This document shows, one piece after another, positions 1 to 13,870 of a stretch of DNA of 64,000 nt. A program made the position numbers and the translations under genes. Each line of letters opens with the position of its first letter. Position 1 is the stretch's first letter. This DNA comes from Octopus bimaculoides (taxonomy: Eukaryota), in contig NC_068987.1 of the NCBI RefSeq assembly GCF_001194135.2, positions 17,237,579 through 17,301,578 on the forward strand, written 5' to 3'. Under the pieces are notes generated by a model. It had not been told where the DNA came from and ran no database searches. It saw only the letters and a program-made list of their open reading frames with translations.

Positions 1-523
1 AGGCTTTATGTCTATAGTGCAGTACATTTCCGTTCATTTTAGAGCTAGGTGTAATATATATTATTATATGAAGAAATTCAAAATCATCCAACTGCTTCTG
101 GGATATCTCCGAGTATGGAATATATCGGTCATCAAAGACAAATTGGGAAAAAAGGAAAAATGTTAATGGCATATATTAATAAGATAACCACATAGAGGAA
201 AGGAGTAAAAGAATAAGGAGATGGAAAGAAAGAGAAAAAAAGAAAAGCATAAAAGTCAATAGTTGAACTTTACGAAGTTATATAAACCAGATCATGAGTC
301 CTTAGGGGCAATCCTGTTTAGATCCATGATCTTCTTAAAATAATATTATATACAAATTGATATGTGTACCTTGTCTTCATGGTTGCTGTTATGTTTAACA
401 ATTATATATCCACTGCATCGGAGATCTGCAATGGCTACATAACTACCGCCTCGGCTATAACCTTGGAGCCCCAGTAATCGGTTGCAGCACTTACCTAGCG
501 TACCTAATCGTTTAGATCACCTG

Positions 524-577
<54 letters not shown>

Positions 578-1418
578 CATATATATTATCATTTGGTAAT
601 TCACGTAATTGTTTATTCTGAACTTACTTTCACAAGATTCGATATTTTTTCAGATAATCACTGAGAGTGCGCGCACGCAGACGCACACACACTGACATAC
701 ATTTAGTACGAGAAATAGAAATTTTGCATTACATATATGGGACATATTGTACTATAAGTAGTATCATTATACTTGAAATTGAAAATATCGTTTAGTATTC
801 ATCGTATGCAGCGCATTATAGATATGTATTTTACTTTCCCTTTCTTTCATTTTCTCCGATTTTACTTGTTCTGAATATAAAACTACACAACAAGTTTAAA
901 CATCTAATTTATGTAAAACACATTTATGAATGTGATCTACAGGGGAAAAAAATGTGGAAAGCGTAATATACAGAGTGAAATTAAAAAGGCTGAGGGAAGG
1001 GTAACCTTTCATATATTTTTGTGTATAAATGGAGAAGTTTTAACGATAATTTCTAAACGATATTCCTGCACATTGTTTCTTGTTTTTCTCCGAATAGTTA
1101 ATTAGCCGAAACCTCGTGAGATTTGGAACTGTCATTATTCATCAGGTATACCGTCTTCGTTTACAACATTTAAGTATATTGTATATTCGCCGAATCTTCT
1201 AGCAAATAGCTGTCTGAATTTAGTTATGAGCATCTCATTACAAGTGCAGAAAACTGTGATTTCAAAACCATAACTGATATTAGAATTGTGTATAATAAAC
1301 ACTACAAATCTCTTGTGAGACAAAAGAACGACAATTTAGCGATTTATATATTGAATATGTGAAAAACATTTTACTGCTGTAAATGTTAAAATATGTTCAA
1401 TAAATACAAGATAATAGA

Positions 1419-1640
1419 TAATAATGATTTCAAATTTTGGCAAAAGACCAACAATTTCGGGGAAGGGAATAAGTCGATTACATCGACCCCCAGTGTTCAA
1501 ATGGTATTTATTTTATCGACCATGAAATGGATGAAAGGCAAAGTCGATCTCGGCAGCACAAGAACCCAGAACGTAAAGACGGGCAAAATACCGCCAAGCT
1601 TTTTTGCTCGGCGTCCTAACGTGTCTGCCAAGCTCGCCGC
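1419..1640 (-). mobile_element. tRNA-derived SINE, family B (full length)
   Basis: Minus strand reads GCGGCGAGCTTGGCAGACACGTTAGG (A-box-like head), then GTCGACTTTGCCTTTCATCC-type central domain (here ATCGACTTTGCCTTTCATCC), GGGGTCGATGTAATCGACT, and an (ATT)-rich tail. The same architecture recurs about 14 times in the window. Confidence 0.85.
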
Positions 1641-1815
1641 TTTCAGATAACAGATAGTATTATCAACAACATCAACCAAGTATCAAAACTTATAATGTGC
1701 TAAAAGAATCCCCGTGAGACCTCTGAGAGCAGGCTGCTGTCCGCGCTCACATAATCTACCAGAACAAGCAACACCGAACATTCTAAGAAATAAAACAATA
1801 ATAATAATAATGATA

Positions 1816-2318
1816 AACCGCAGAGAGTGGCAAGTCGGAGACTAAGAAAATCCTCTGGGATTTTCCAATCTAAACGGATCGGGTGCTAGAAAATAACAGA
1901 CTAGACTTAGCGGTGGTCGAAAAGATGAACCACATGTGCTATATAGTTGATGCTGCACGCGCCTTTGGCCCACGAATATTCAAGAAGAAAGGCGAAAAAA
2001 ATGAATACAACCCTTTCAAGTACGAAAGAGCTCAGCTATGGAAAATGAAGAGGTTGAAGATAGTGCCAATTATTGTCGGGTCCTTGGGGACAGTACCAGA
2101 AGGCGTGAATAGGAATATAAATGAAGTTGGAATAAAGTGTCTTATAGAACTGTGACAAAAATTTTGTCTCGGAATGGCCAGAATGATCAGGAAAGTATTA
2201 GACAGCTGAAAAGAACGGATAGCATGGTACCATAGGCTACATGTAGCAAGCCCGCTAGGCATGCAAGACTCCATGATCTTCAACAAAACCTGTGATAAAA
2301 AGAAATAACAATAACAAT
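1816..2318 (+). mobile_element. 5'-truncated R4/Dong-like non-LTR retrotransposon: RLE endonuclease C-terminus plus 3' UTR
   Basis: Translates with stops/frameshifts as KILWDFPI*TDRVLENNRLDLAVVEK..CYIVDAA..EK..KY..LWKMKRLKIVPIIVGSLG....ARMIRKVLDS* (stop 2207-2209). This matches the ILWDF..QTD..NRPD..D..P..EK.KY..VPIV.GALG..ARILRKVL pattern of R4/Dong RLE domains. Flanked by AAT/AAC repeats on both sides. Confidence 0.85.
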
Positions 2319-2519
2319 ATCTAAGTATATCTGAATAAGTAATTGTATTCCGAAATATCATTGGATTATGGATAACTAAATTACAACAGGTATATAGTCC
2401 ATTTTTTTGTATTATAGTGCATTGCTGTACCATTCAAAACTTTTTATTCTTTACATACGTACATACATACATACATGCATACATACATACATGCACACGT
2501 GAGGTATTGGAGGTATTTT

Positions 2520-2690
2520 GGGGTACTGGGATAGGTAACACACTACCTAAATGTCAATCTTCAGAAACTAGGTATCTCAAAACCAAAAAGAAGAAAGCTG
2601 ATTCGAAGACTACAGATTAAAATTAGACTACAGATAGGAACTGTAATAAATTTGTAAAACTTTACAAAAGTTTATCGTTTAAGTATTCAT
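2520..2690 (+). mobile_element. 3' terminal fragment of a second RLE-type non-LTR element
   Basis: GVLG*VTHYLNVNLQKLGISKPKRRKLIRRLQI resembles the post-GALG C-terminus of RLE elements. Short and degenerate. Confidence 0.45.
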
Positions 2691-3479
2691 GAGCATATCT
2701 AGATATGCAAGTATATACATGAGTAAACACATGAAATAAAGCATACAAATCTGTACATAAACATACATACATACAACAATACCCTGTTGTTGATGCTGAA
2801 ATTCCAATAAAGGAGTCTTGGGTCTAGGCTAGAAACCGACTCTTTCTCTATTGGCAAAAAATCTTGATATAAAAACTGAATAATGACATACATACACACA
2901 TACATACATTCTCCTGATATAGTTTGCATTATATACACATTGATGCATATGTATATATAATGCAAATTTCCTTCAATTGAATGTGTTTCCTAGTTGTGTA
3001 ACGACACGCAGCAGTGTATGGAGTAAAAATAGAAAGAATTTGATTCAAGTAGCACAAACATCTCACTACCAACCCTGTAAATTTCCTTCCCTACTGCAGT
3101 CGAAAACATAAGGAGGACTTACACTGCTACGAGCACTACACCAACTAAAACGGCAGGAAAACAGTAATCATAACAACAGCAAAAATAGCATTGATAAAAA
3201 AACACCAACGAAAGAACAGCGACTACTTCCCCGACCAAACGAAATATTACAGCAATGTTTTGCCATCAACAAATAAAATATAGACAGATGATCACAACTA
3301 AGCTCATTTCTCGTTGTCCGTGAAGATCTGAGCAAAAATTCTATCACCAGTTATCTTTCACGAGTTAAAAAATCGAAAATGAAGACGCGAAAATTTATTT
3401 GAAGTTAGAATATTCCACGATTCAGCAGGGGGCCTTCCCAACCAACACACATACGTATTGCAACTACCAAGAACACCAT

Positions 3480-3700
3480 CATCCTTACCAAGAAGACCGA
3501 TACCCCCTCCCATCATCATGAGCCCCAACACCCGCACCACTACCACCAACAACGGCACCACCACCACCGGCACCACCGGCACCAGTGGCACCCCCCCACA
3601 ACCACCGTCACCCCACCACCACCATCCCTAATGCCACCAACATAACGACAACAATTGCTAAACCTACAACCATATCGATAATAAAAGCAACAAAACTACA
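3480..3700. repeat. Degenerate (CAC/CAA)n low-complexity tract
   Basis: Imperfect ACC/CAC/AAC triplets; gives a spurious poly-Val/Gly ORF on the minus strand. Confidence 0.8.
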
Positions 3701-4947
3701 TTATCAAAGATTCCCGAAACATCAATAGGTCAACAAAACCAGAAGAATACCAACAGCCCAACACACAAGAACTGTTTCTCACCGTTTTCACCGCTATAAT
3801 GTCTATGTATATTGTTGCTTAGTTGCTATGAGTGGCTTGAACTGGTGGTGGAATGCCTAGCCTGACTATAATTGAAATGGGTATTTCAAGAGATATTCAT
3901 TCCAATGGATGCATTCAGGAACCATCTTTTGATTGTGTTCAGCGTACTGATGGAATGCGCAAGAAGGTTTTATTTTTCTTCTTCTCTTATGCACCTGCCA
4001 AATAATATCGAGGATAACTTGTATACATTTATTTCATGAATTTCTCATTGATCCAGTTCCGAAAAAGAAACTGCCTAAGTGACGTAAATGCGTGTTACGT
4101 TAATCTGGGCTTTTTTTTTTCTTACATTCGAAACATTACTCATCTCTGGATTCCTGTGTTTCTTTTATATAACAACATTGACCTTGCTTTCTCACATCAT
4201 CTCCGCCTGAGGTTTTTAATCAAAACTGGTAAACAAAGATAATTATGTGATCGATATCTGATCATAGCCGAATCGAAAAACTTTCTTTGATTGTAAAGAC
4301 AATAGCTTTGTCTTTCAAAGGCTGTTGGATTTGTTTTATAAAGATATAGGATTGATTTTTTTAATACTGTTGTTATAGCTACTCAGAATACTGACTGTCC
4401 ATATTATAACGACATAGATTATTCAAGAATATAAAAGGGATGGATGGCAAAATGTTTCCCGTTCTTATATCATTTATTGTAAGGGATTACGGAATCTAAG
4501 CATCAGTTTCGATTTTGAATCAACGAGGATTTCTATGGAAATGTTGGTATTCATAGTAATTATATTGTGTAAACAAATATCAATACAACAGCTAAACCAG
4601 CATTTCGTTCCAACTTGCTGTGTATACAGTAGTGTTCCATTCTTAAATAAAACTTCGGTTGTTGGCAATTTTCATTTCGCCCTGAAATGTTCACAGCATA
4701 TTGTTACATTTGCTTGAAAAAAACTGCTTCCTTTTCTCAAAAGAATATGCGTGCCTGCATTGGTGTCTGTGAGTAGACGTGTATATAGAAATACATAATC
4801 GCGTGATTATATGTATGTATATATGCATATACAAACAGAAAGACACACACACACACATATCTATATGTAAAATATAATTAAGATTCAGTACAGTTACATA
4901 TTTAGATTTAAGACACACACTAAGACAAACACACACGCACGCACTTG

Positions 4948-4989
<42 letters not shown>

Positions 4990-5009
4990 AACAACCAAAC
5001 GCACCTACA

Positions 5010-5161
5010 AACAAACAGGTTCCGTCTAGCAAATCTACTCCCAAAGCTTTTGTCGTTCCGAGGCTATAGTAGAAAACACTTGTTGAATGTGCTACGCAGT
5101 TGGATGGAACCCAGAACCATGCAGTTGGGAAGCAAGTTTCTTACCACATAGCCATACCCAC
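5010..5161 (-). mobile_element. SINE family A, 5' module (tRNA-like head plus CORE-like segment)
   Basis: Reverse complement similar to GGCTGTGTGGTAAG..GCTT..CAAC..ATGGTTCTGGGTTC..TAGCCTCGG..CAAAGC..GTAGACGGAA; followed by a (CA)n tract. Confidence 0.75.
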
Positions 5162-5219
5162 TGGAAGATATTAAGTAAACTAAAAAAAAAAAAGGAAAAG
5201 AAAACATAGCTGTAGCTTT

Positions 5220-5640
5220 ACCTTATATTTCTACATTTTGAGGCTATGACAACTTCTTCAGAACATTTCGAAAGTGACGGATGGAAAAGGTTGTTGCTGA
5301 GATATGTGGGGAAGGGGAAGAAGATGGCGCAAGGAGAATAAAGCATGATGGAGGAAGCTGACATGCGCAAACTAGTGTTGCTATAATGACCAGTCTTTTT
5401 CATGTACTTCCTTCCTGTAGTCTATGGCTGGTTACAATCTGTTGATAAGAAGGGCCTTCATGATTCTAAGATTGCCGCACTTGATTTTCTTTCTCGCCCC
5501 TCTTACATTTCGAGGTTTGGCACTTCTTTAGGTGCTTTTTGGTCGAAGTGCCTGTACGTAATACTTTAGCCTGGTACATTTACGGGCGGTTTTGCATAAT
5601 ATTTTATAAACCGGTTAAGACAATCTGGACACAGCATTTA
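5220..5640 (-). mobile_element. Possible Penelope-like RT/linker remnant
   Basis: Minus-strand peptides LRIMKALLINRL and NLFHPSLSKCSEEVVIASKCRNIR weakly resemble the PLE RT thumb and linker (..F.NRGY.. / ..P..AFRR..NIRD). Highly degenerate. Confidence 0.3.
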
Positions 5641-6206
5641 ATAGGGCTTATCCTTACTTCTATAATAAATTACATCAAGCCGTAAATATGTTCATAAAAA
5701 TCAAACTATGAAAAAGTACATGTGCTAGTGTACCGTTAACTATGATTCCATTCTCTCGTAAATTGCATCAATTGAAAGTACATGAGCCTGTAAGAGCAAT
5801 TTTACAACAGCAAGGAAACAATATAATACAGGTAAAAGGACCCAGACCCAGCTTTGGTCAGGTGTTTTCATTATCTCTCACAGCGTAACGTTTACGTCTT
5901 TCTTCGTCGCAGCGATGAACTAGAAGCGCTTCATTAATGCAAGACACTTTTATTTTTATTTTTATGCATTTATCGATACACGGAGAAACCAGAGTTACAT
6001 ATACTGAGAAGTATTGGCGTACAAATTCAGATGTAGACAAATTCAGGTATAGTGATTTGATTGCAATGGAATAAATGGAAAGATACACGCACACGCACAC
6101 AAACGCACAAATACGTATGTGTTTGTGTGTGTATGTGTTTGTGTGTGTATGTGTTTGTGTGTGTATGTCTACTTGGCAATGGATGTTTATATACAGATAC
6201 ATTATA

Positions 6207-6490
6207 CATATATGAAAGCACATGTAAGGGTGGTCAGACTATTGGGCTCACGATCGTGATATCGTGAGTTCGATATACCGCAGGGCGTTGCGTCCTTGAG
6301 CAAGATACTTTAATTCACGATGCTCTTGTCCACTCAGCAGGCAAATTTAAATTGTATCTGTATTTCAAAGAGGCAGCTCTATTACAATGGATGTGTCACA
6401 CTAGTTATCTCTGAGAACTACGTAACTGTGGAGTGCTAAAGCACGTCTCAAGTGGAATCCTACTTGGCGACACCGACGGAGAGCCAAGCT
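6207..6490 (+). mobile_element. tRNA-derived SINE, family C
   Basis: GTGGTCAGACTATTGGGCTCACGATCGTGATATCGTGAGTTCGATA head (A/B-box-like) followed by GCGTTGCGTCCTTGAGCAAGATACTTT..GTCCACTCAGC. Partial minus-strand copies at about 19320-19410 and 42725-42890. Confidence 0.7.
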
Positions 6491-6491
6491 A

Positions 6492-6494
6492 TAC

Positions 6495-6544
<50 letters not shown>

Positions 6545-6625
6545 GTTTTTCTGTATGTCTGTCTATCTATCTATCCGTCTGTCTGTCCGTCTGTCCGTCT
6601 GTCTGTCCGTCTATCTATCCCTAGA
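6492..6625. repeat. (TATC)n/(TGTC)n tetranucleotide microsatellite
   Basis: Directly visible. Confidence 0.95.
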
Positions 6626-7409
6626 TAGATAGAGAGTTAGATAGATAGGTCGGTAGGTAGGCAGGTATGTAGGCAACTAAAGGGATTAGGTAGAACAGTT
6701 TTAACTCTCTCACGATCGATTGAAAATAATACGTATATACACATGCGCGCATTTATGTATGTGTGTGTTTTGTGAGAAAGAGACATATGCATATATATAT
6801 ATATACATATATATATATNNNNNNNNNNNNNNNNNNNNNNNNNNNNNNNNNNNNNNNNNNNNNNNNNNNNNNNNNNNNNNNNNNNNNNNNNNNNNNNNNN
6901 NNNNNNNNNNNNNNNNNNNNNNNNNNNNNNNNNNNNNNNNNNNNATATATATAGTTGTGATTAAAGTAATCACTATTTGTAATTGTAAATTATTGGCTGC
7001 TGCGTAGAAATCAATATATTAGCAAGGGAGGATTAGGTATTTAATACAATCAAATGGATCCATATAATGTTATTACAAAATATCAAGCAGAATGTGTTTT
7101 TTTCTTTCTTTATAAAAGTTTATTACCAAATTATTTAAAAGAGAAACACAGAAGAAAAAAACTGCAATATATTCAATATTTCAAAAGTTTTGATGATTTA
7201 AAAGTGGCAAGCGAGACTAAGCTAGTCATTCTGCAAACAGGAAACTTAATTTCAAATGAAAGATATTGACAAAGGATTAAAATATATATCAGATAAGCAG
7301 ATACCTTTCAAAAGCAATTAGAAATCTTAATCCTGTGTAGGTATTAAGGAAAATATATAACGGTCTAATACTTTGCACAAGAGTTACAAATATTTTTATC
7401 TAATCTGGA

Positions 7410-7835
7410 TATTTGGCTACTTCGGTTGCAATATCTATGAGAATATTCTTCTATCTGAAGGGGTCATAAAGAAATGACTTGCAGTCTGTTTAATGACTGT
7501 GTATCCTGGATACATCCTTGTCCTGATCATTGCGAAGTCTTTGACTACATCATTCGTTAATGCGGCAAGAAAGACGTCACTGTCATCAGGAGAGCAACAA
7601 AGGCAGACAACTGCGGAGCGGGCCTCGAAACCTAAAGTTCAAGCTGAGAATTTCCAAGAATATATCAAAGGCCAACTGGGAAACGGGACCACTAACACCA
7701 TGGTCACAAATAAAACGTGAACTGCAGTCCGAAACATCATCTACAAAGGTGATGAGAACACCACTGGCTTCACGAAGACGAAGTGTCAGGATTAGTGGGA
7801 AGAACATGAGGAAAGAATCTCGATCGTATGTAAAA
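7410..7835 (+). mobile_element. RTE-clade LINE remnant (APE endonuclease C-terminus and linker)
   Basis: SWIHPCPDHCEVFDYIIR*CGKKDVTVIRRATKADNC resembles TWMHPRSKHWHLIDY..R..DV.VT....A.CW. Downstream FQEYIKGQL..TAVRNIIYK..GFTKTKCQD*WEEH resembles the RTE linker ..RKHQDWFDEN. Confidence 0.75.
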
Positions 7836-8539
7836 TAAACAACCTCTGAATATATTTTAAATACGGTGAGATACAGAGGCTGATATAAGATCCAGTATTT
7901 CAACAGCGCATCATGAGACATGTAAAAACATATTTGAATAAGATGCAGTTCATACAAAACGGAACACATAGAAATGATACGCACTGCATCTCCTACAGCA
8001 GTAACTTCATGATTAAGAGCTTACGAATTTATAATTAATCGCTATGTAAGTAGAAGCACATTCTCTATAGAAGAAACGCATTATATTATACGAAATCGAT
8101 GTCATGTAAAGAAAAATATTTGGCTGATTAAAACAAAAAAAAAAAACATAGGAAAATATTTTATTAGATATGTTTAGGTGTCTATTTACGGAAACACGGA
8201 TTTGTTTCGCAGAATTAATGATGGGAATTAGCGCTTGTATATATTACATTTAACAACTTCGTATTAAGAAAATGTTTTTATACTACGTCATAAGTTTGAG
8301 ATTCTTTCGCATTCTTTATATGTTTATTCACTTAAAATTGAAAGTTTTCTACGTATGTATGTATGTATGTATGTATGTATGCATGTATATATGCACGCGT
8401 GTGTGTGTGTCCGTTCTATTTTTTAATTATTATACATCTTCCACTGAGGAGGGAGCCGGTTTCAAGACTTCATCTTTGGCTTGTAGTTAACACAGACAAA
8501 ATCGTGACTACAACTAGGAACTTTCACAGAAACAGTGAC

Positions 8540-8580
<41 letters not shown>

Positions 8581-9146
8581 TATTTAGTGATTTGAGAGAA
8601 AGTGAGAGAATGAACGAGAGATGTGTGGGCAGTATAATTTAAAGAGAAATGTCTAGAGCAGACAACAGCCTAGTAAACTTAATGGCAATACATAAATATA
8701 TTGGAAGAATTATAAAGAAATATATGTTCATGTCATTATATGTGATGGTCTTATAATATATCTACATTGCAAAACGTAGTTGTATGTAAGAATAAAGGTA
8801 TGTCAATATGTGTGCATGTTAAGAAATTTTTAATAATTTCGAATAATTTATGGTTTTTAGATTTGATATATATTGGAAGCAAATTTTTTTTCCTACATTT
8901 AAATATAAAATATTTTTTTGTAAGTTTCTCGAAGTGTATTGACGGATATAACCCTTGGTCAAAATTATGGCGAATTTCCACAACGGAAAGCAAATGTGTT
9001 ACATGTATTTCAGCGTCGTCGCACATTATCTATAAAGTGTACACGTAGCCAGCCAGATGTTCAGAAGAGATTCGACGCCTCTAACATATAAGAAATAGTG
9101 AATCTATATTTACTAGGATTACAAATAGCTCCCATTGCCTCTCGCA

Positions 9147-9180
<34 letters not shown>

Positions 9181-10139
9181 ATATGAATTATAGTTTTTGT
9201 TCCAATATTTGTTATCATATGAGATCAAATACTGTCTTGATCAAATTGTTTTACTTTTTATACTTTCACGTTCGAGTGAGTTGACTGTCAGAAATCTGAG
9301 GAAGTTAGATACGGTGCACATAATTCTTATTTGGTATGAATAATTCATATAATTCATATTGCACATAATTCATATTTCGTGTCTATATCGATATTGCGCT
9401 TTCTGAGGTCAAAACGCGTCCTAAGTAACTACCATAGTGGAGTAACGACAATGATACATAAGAAAAAAAGACACTGCCGAGCTTAAATGTGTTATCGTTG
9501 TTTTTGAGTAGAGAAAACTAAGGGCTAACGTATTTTTCTTTCTTCAAGAGATAACGACGACGACGATAGGGCTACCAAGCTACTAACTTGAAAAAAAGTC
9601 ATCTCGTTGGACAATACTCTATTGTTAGTATAGAAGTTTGTGTGCCTAAAGATGAAGTCGTTCGATCACATAACGAATGAAGAACGATCAGCTATGCTGG
9701 GGCTTAATAGCAACAATAACATTAGCTGCATAAATAGTGTTTAATATATGTATCCGAACTCCTGGTGTGAAATCCAAGTCTTCCATATTCGTTACATTTA
9801 TATTCGTTTCAAGCAATTTTGAATAAAATTTTACGTTCGATTTCTAATTAGCATTTTATGTCTCAAACAACTTTTATCAGAAATAATATTTTAAAAAATA
9901 CAGAAAATACAAAAATACAAAATTTCCTACGTAAAACTACTTCCAATAAACTGCAAATACAACATGAAGAATAACGGGTTACATAAATATCAAAGCGACT
10001 ATTTGGAATTCTAAACAGCGATTCCAAATTTACAAATAATGATTTAGAAATTCTTATTCTTATGCTTTCCTTTCGTTACCTTTTTTTTTTTAATTACTGT
10101 TGTTTTTACTTGACTTAAGTTTTTTTAAATTTTCAATAT

Positions 10140-10307
10140 GTATATATATACATATCTACATGTACGTATATATACGTGCATGTGTGTGCTTGTGTGTGTA
10201 TGTGTGTGTATGTGTATGTATGTGTATGTGTGTGTGTGTGTGTATGTTTATGTATGTGTATGTGTGTGTATGTGTATATGTGTGTATGTGTATGTGTGTG
10301 TGTGTGT
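10140..10307. repeat. Compound (TG)n/(TA)n microsatellite
   Basis: Directly visible. Confidence 0.95.
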
Positions 10308-11183
10308 AATCAAATTTATAATTATTGAAGTCTCCTGTAAGGTTTTGCTAAAAATGTGAAAACGTTTATATAAATGTTTACAGAAAATCTCATAATATTC
10401 TTCTTTAGACTCTCTTAAAGATGGCAGCTGTTATTTTATTTATCTATTTATTTATTGATTTGATATTTTTGCACGGATGACAAATTTATAAGCAGATAAC
10501 CAAAAAAAAACAAAAACAACAAACAAAAACGAAAGCAAAATATGCAGAATTTAAACAAACTACAAAAAAATTCTGTAGAGCACCAAGAAGACAGCACAAC
10601 GTTAGCAAACTTTAAATATGATTATGTATAATGAACTATAAGCAAACCTCACAGTGTAACATAACTGAAATTAACAAACAAGCAAAGAGATGAGCAAAAA
10701 CATTAAACTAACACACAAATGAAACAAAAACTATAATGAAAAATATTTAAAGAAGATAACGCAAATTCAAATCATGTTAGTTTATTAAATTCGCAGTGGA
10801 AATTAATGAAGGAAACGTGGAAATTTTAATGATATTGTGAATAAAAATTATATGTCTGCTATTTGTCACTATTTGTTGTCTTTGTTCAGAAATTCAAAGA
10901 TTATATTATAAAATTCATAAGGATTTATAAGATGAAGTGAGTGAGATCAGAACAGAAAACAGGATGGGGTGAAAAAACGCATTGAAATTTATATGAGTAT
11001 GCATATTTTCATCTGTAAATTTAAATTATATACGTAATGAATGTGAGCATGTATTTGCAAACCCGCATACATGTTGGGTGTACACACACACACTCACTCA
11101 CACACACATGGAAATCGTATGTGTACATGTAGAGATATGGATACAGACATACACTGATAGAAATATGGACCTGTATGCATGTC

Positions 11184-11229
<46 letters not shown>

Positions 11230-11685
11230 NNNNNNNNNNNNNNNNNNNNNNNNNNNNNNNNNNNNNNNNNNNNNNNNNNNNNNNNNNNNNNNNNNNNNNN
11301 NNNNNNNNNNNNNNNNNNNNNNNNNNNNNNNNNNNNNNNNNNNNNNNNNNNNNNNNNNNNNNNNNNNNNNNNNNNNNNNNNNNNNNNNNNNNNNNNNNNN
11401 NNNNNNNNNNNNNNNNNNNNNNNNNNNNNNNNNNNNNNNNNNNNNNNNNNNNNNNNNNNNNNNNNNNNNNNNNNNNNNNNNNNNNNNNNNNNNNNNNNNN
11501 NNNNNNNNNNNNNNNNNNNNNNNNNNNNNNNNNNNNNNNNNNNNNNNNNNNNNNNNNNNNNNNNNNNNNNNNNNNNNNNNNNNNNNNNNNNNNNNNNNNN
11601 NNNNNNNNNNNNNNNNNNNNNNNNNNNNNNNNNNNNNNNNNNNNNNNNNNNNNNNNNNNATATATATATATATATATATATATAA

Positions 11686-11935
<250 letters not shown>

Positions 11936-12007
11936 GAGAAAGAGAGGAAGATTTTAGGGAGAAGAAGATGATTAATACTAATACTGATTCTTTTAAGAAG
12001 AAGACCA

Positions 12008-12641
12008 TTAATACTAATCTTTCCTAACATAGGCACAAGACCAAAAGTTTAGGGGAACAATCTACTGATGTAAACCGAGAGAAGCCCTTGGTTGGTACGT
12101 TACTTTATCGACTCCAGAATGATGAAGGGCATTGTTAAATTCGGTGGGATTTGAACACTGAAAGTAAAGTCGCGGGACGAATACTTTGTGCGACAATCTG
12201 ACGATTCTGCCACCCTTAATAATTCTTTCTAATGTAATGGGGACAGGAAGCTAATCGATTTCATTGCTCCCATTGCTCAACCGATAGTTATTCCATCGAC
12301 TCCGAAAGAACAAAAGGCAAAATCGACCTCAAATTTGAACTCAGAAGGTAAAACCAGAAAAACGCTGCTGAGGATATGTCCGGCATAGTAACAATTCTGC
12401 TAGCTTGCTGCCCTCCTACACTTAATAATCATTTCTACTATAGGCACGAGGCTTGAAATTTCAGAGGAGGGGGTTAGTCGATTACATCGACCCTAGTCCA
12501 TTGCTAGTACTTATTTTATCGACCTCGAAAAGATGAAAGGAAAAATCAACCTCGGTGGTTTTTGAACTCAGAAGGTGAAGACGCACGAAATGCTGCTAAG
12601 CATTTTGTCCGGCGTGCTAACGTTTCTACCAGCTCACTACC
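12008..12641 (-). mobile_element. Three head-to-tail SINE family B copies (12008-12215, 12217-12412, 12423-12641)
   Basis: Each copy has the tail TAATAAT(T/C)TTTC, the (C)GATT(A)CATCGAC/TTTATCGAC core and a TTTGAAC..CAGAA..CTGCC head, all in the same orientation. Confidence 0.85.
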
Positions 12642-12999
12642 TTCTTCCGACACTTAACAATGATTACGAAAATATACGTGAGGACTTGGATTAAGACGTA
12701 TGCATATTGATGGTTTGGTAGGATGTGAATTTGACAAGAGCTTTGGCTGATATAATAGATTGAGATCCAAACTTATATGTGGATAGCGTATTTAACCTGA
12801 TGTGAGAAAATGGCCGCCAGAAGTTATTTGGTGTTATATGATTCAATAAGATTAAGATAAAATCTAAAAATATGAAGGAGAAATTCCGGTTTGAAGCATC
12901 ATTCTGAATATACGAAGGAAATTTTTTACATAGCGCCTTTAAATGACGTGAGCAGCATCCTTCATATTTACTATTGGCATATTTTTACTCCTTTACATC

Positions 13000-13870
13000 G
13001 TTAAAGAATATCAACGTATCTTTACCAGGCCTAAGAGCAAATGAATTGTAGTGTTGTTGATTTATTGCTTTATCATGAAGTGTTGAGAGTAATATGAATT
13101 AACTTGATGAAAACTTATGACTTCTCAAGGCTCCTTTGGGACTAAAACTGATATGGTACAAAGAGCAGTCGAAATATTGAAACAGAATAGTTTTATCGCT
13201 AAATAATCGTCAACATAATGTTTTCGACGCCTTGGTAATAATTGCTTTGTTTTGAAAACAATTTCAGTTCTATACAAGTATGAAATATCGGTAGAAATAT
13301 AATATATTTTACTAATTATATAATCGTAGATATCAATGATTATTGTAAAGAAACAGGTCTCCACCTAAAGCCTGAAATTAACGATGATCAAATAATGCTA
13401 GAATATGCAGAGCAGTAGAAAGTAAAAGGCATTAAACATGTGTTTAGATGGATATATGAAAATAACTATGGAGTTAGAAGGATGTACCGAAGTTATTTTA
13501 AGAAGAGACGAATTAACTATAATTGAGAGCATTAGAATAGATTCAAGTGCTGGAATTAGAGAAAGAGGAGGAAAATCACCATACAAGTACATCGAAGCGG
13601 ATCTGATTCAATACCGCATACAGAAATGAAAGAAGGTATCAGATAAGAATACTACAGAAGATTCGCCGTAATAACAGCGCAATCAGTACTAAAAATATGG
13701 AAACAAGTATAAGTATGATAGTTGTCCAGTTATCAACAACGGTTTCAAAATAATATATGTGAATATAATTGAAGAGTAGCTTAGACAAGGAAACGAGAAA
13801 ACTTTTCATATTGTTCCGGAGTTTCCATATAATATTTACCTGATAGCATGTACGTACGATGGACAGGAGA
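13000..13870 (+). mobile_element. Old R4/Dong-like RT remnant
   Basis: MELEGCTEVILRRDEL..IESIRID....SPYKYI.EAD resembles MEFGLDKCAK..FKRGKL..E.I.LD..YKYLGI.E.D. EYYRR at about 13650 and SLDKETRKLF at about 13780 match the R4-clade RT C-terminus. Confidence 0.65.

Noticed and set aside
9285-9345. Possible 42-nt exon (CTGTCAG|AAATCT...TTTG|GTATGA), and a similar one at about 5988-6048
   Set aside because: AG/GT pairs like this are common in AT-rich DNA; no homology or transcript evidence.
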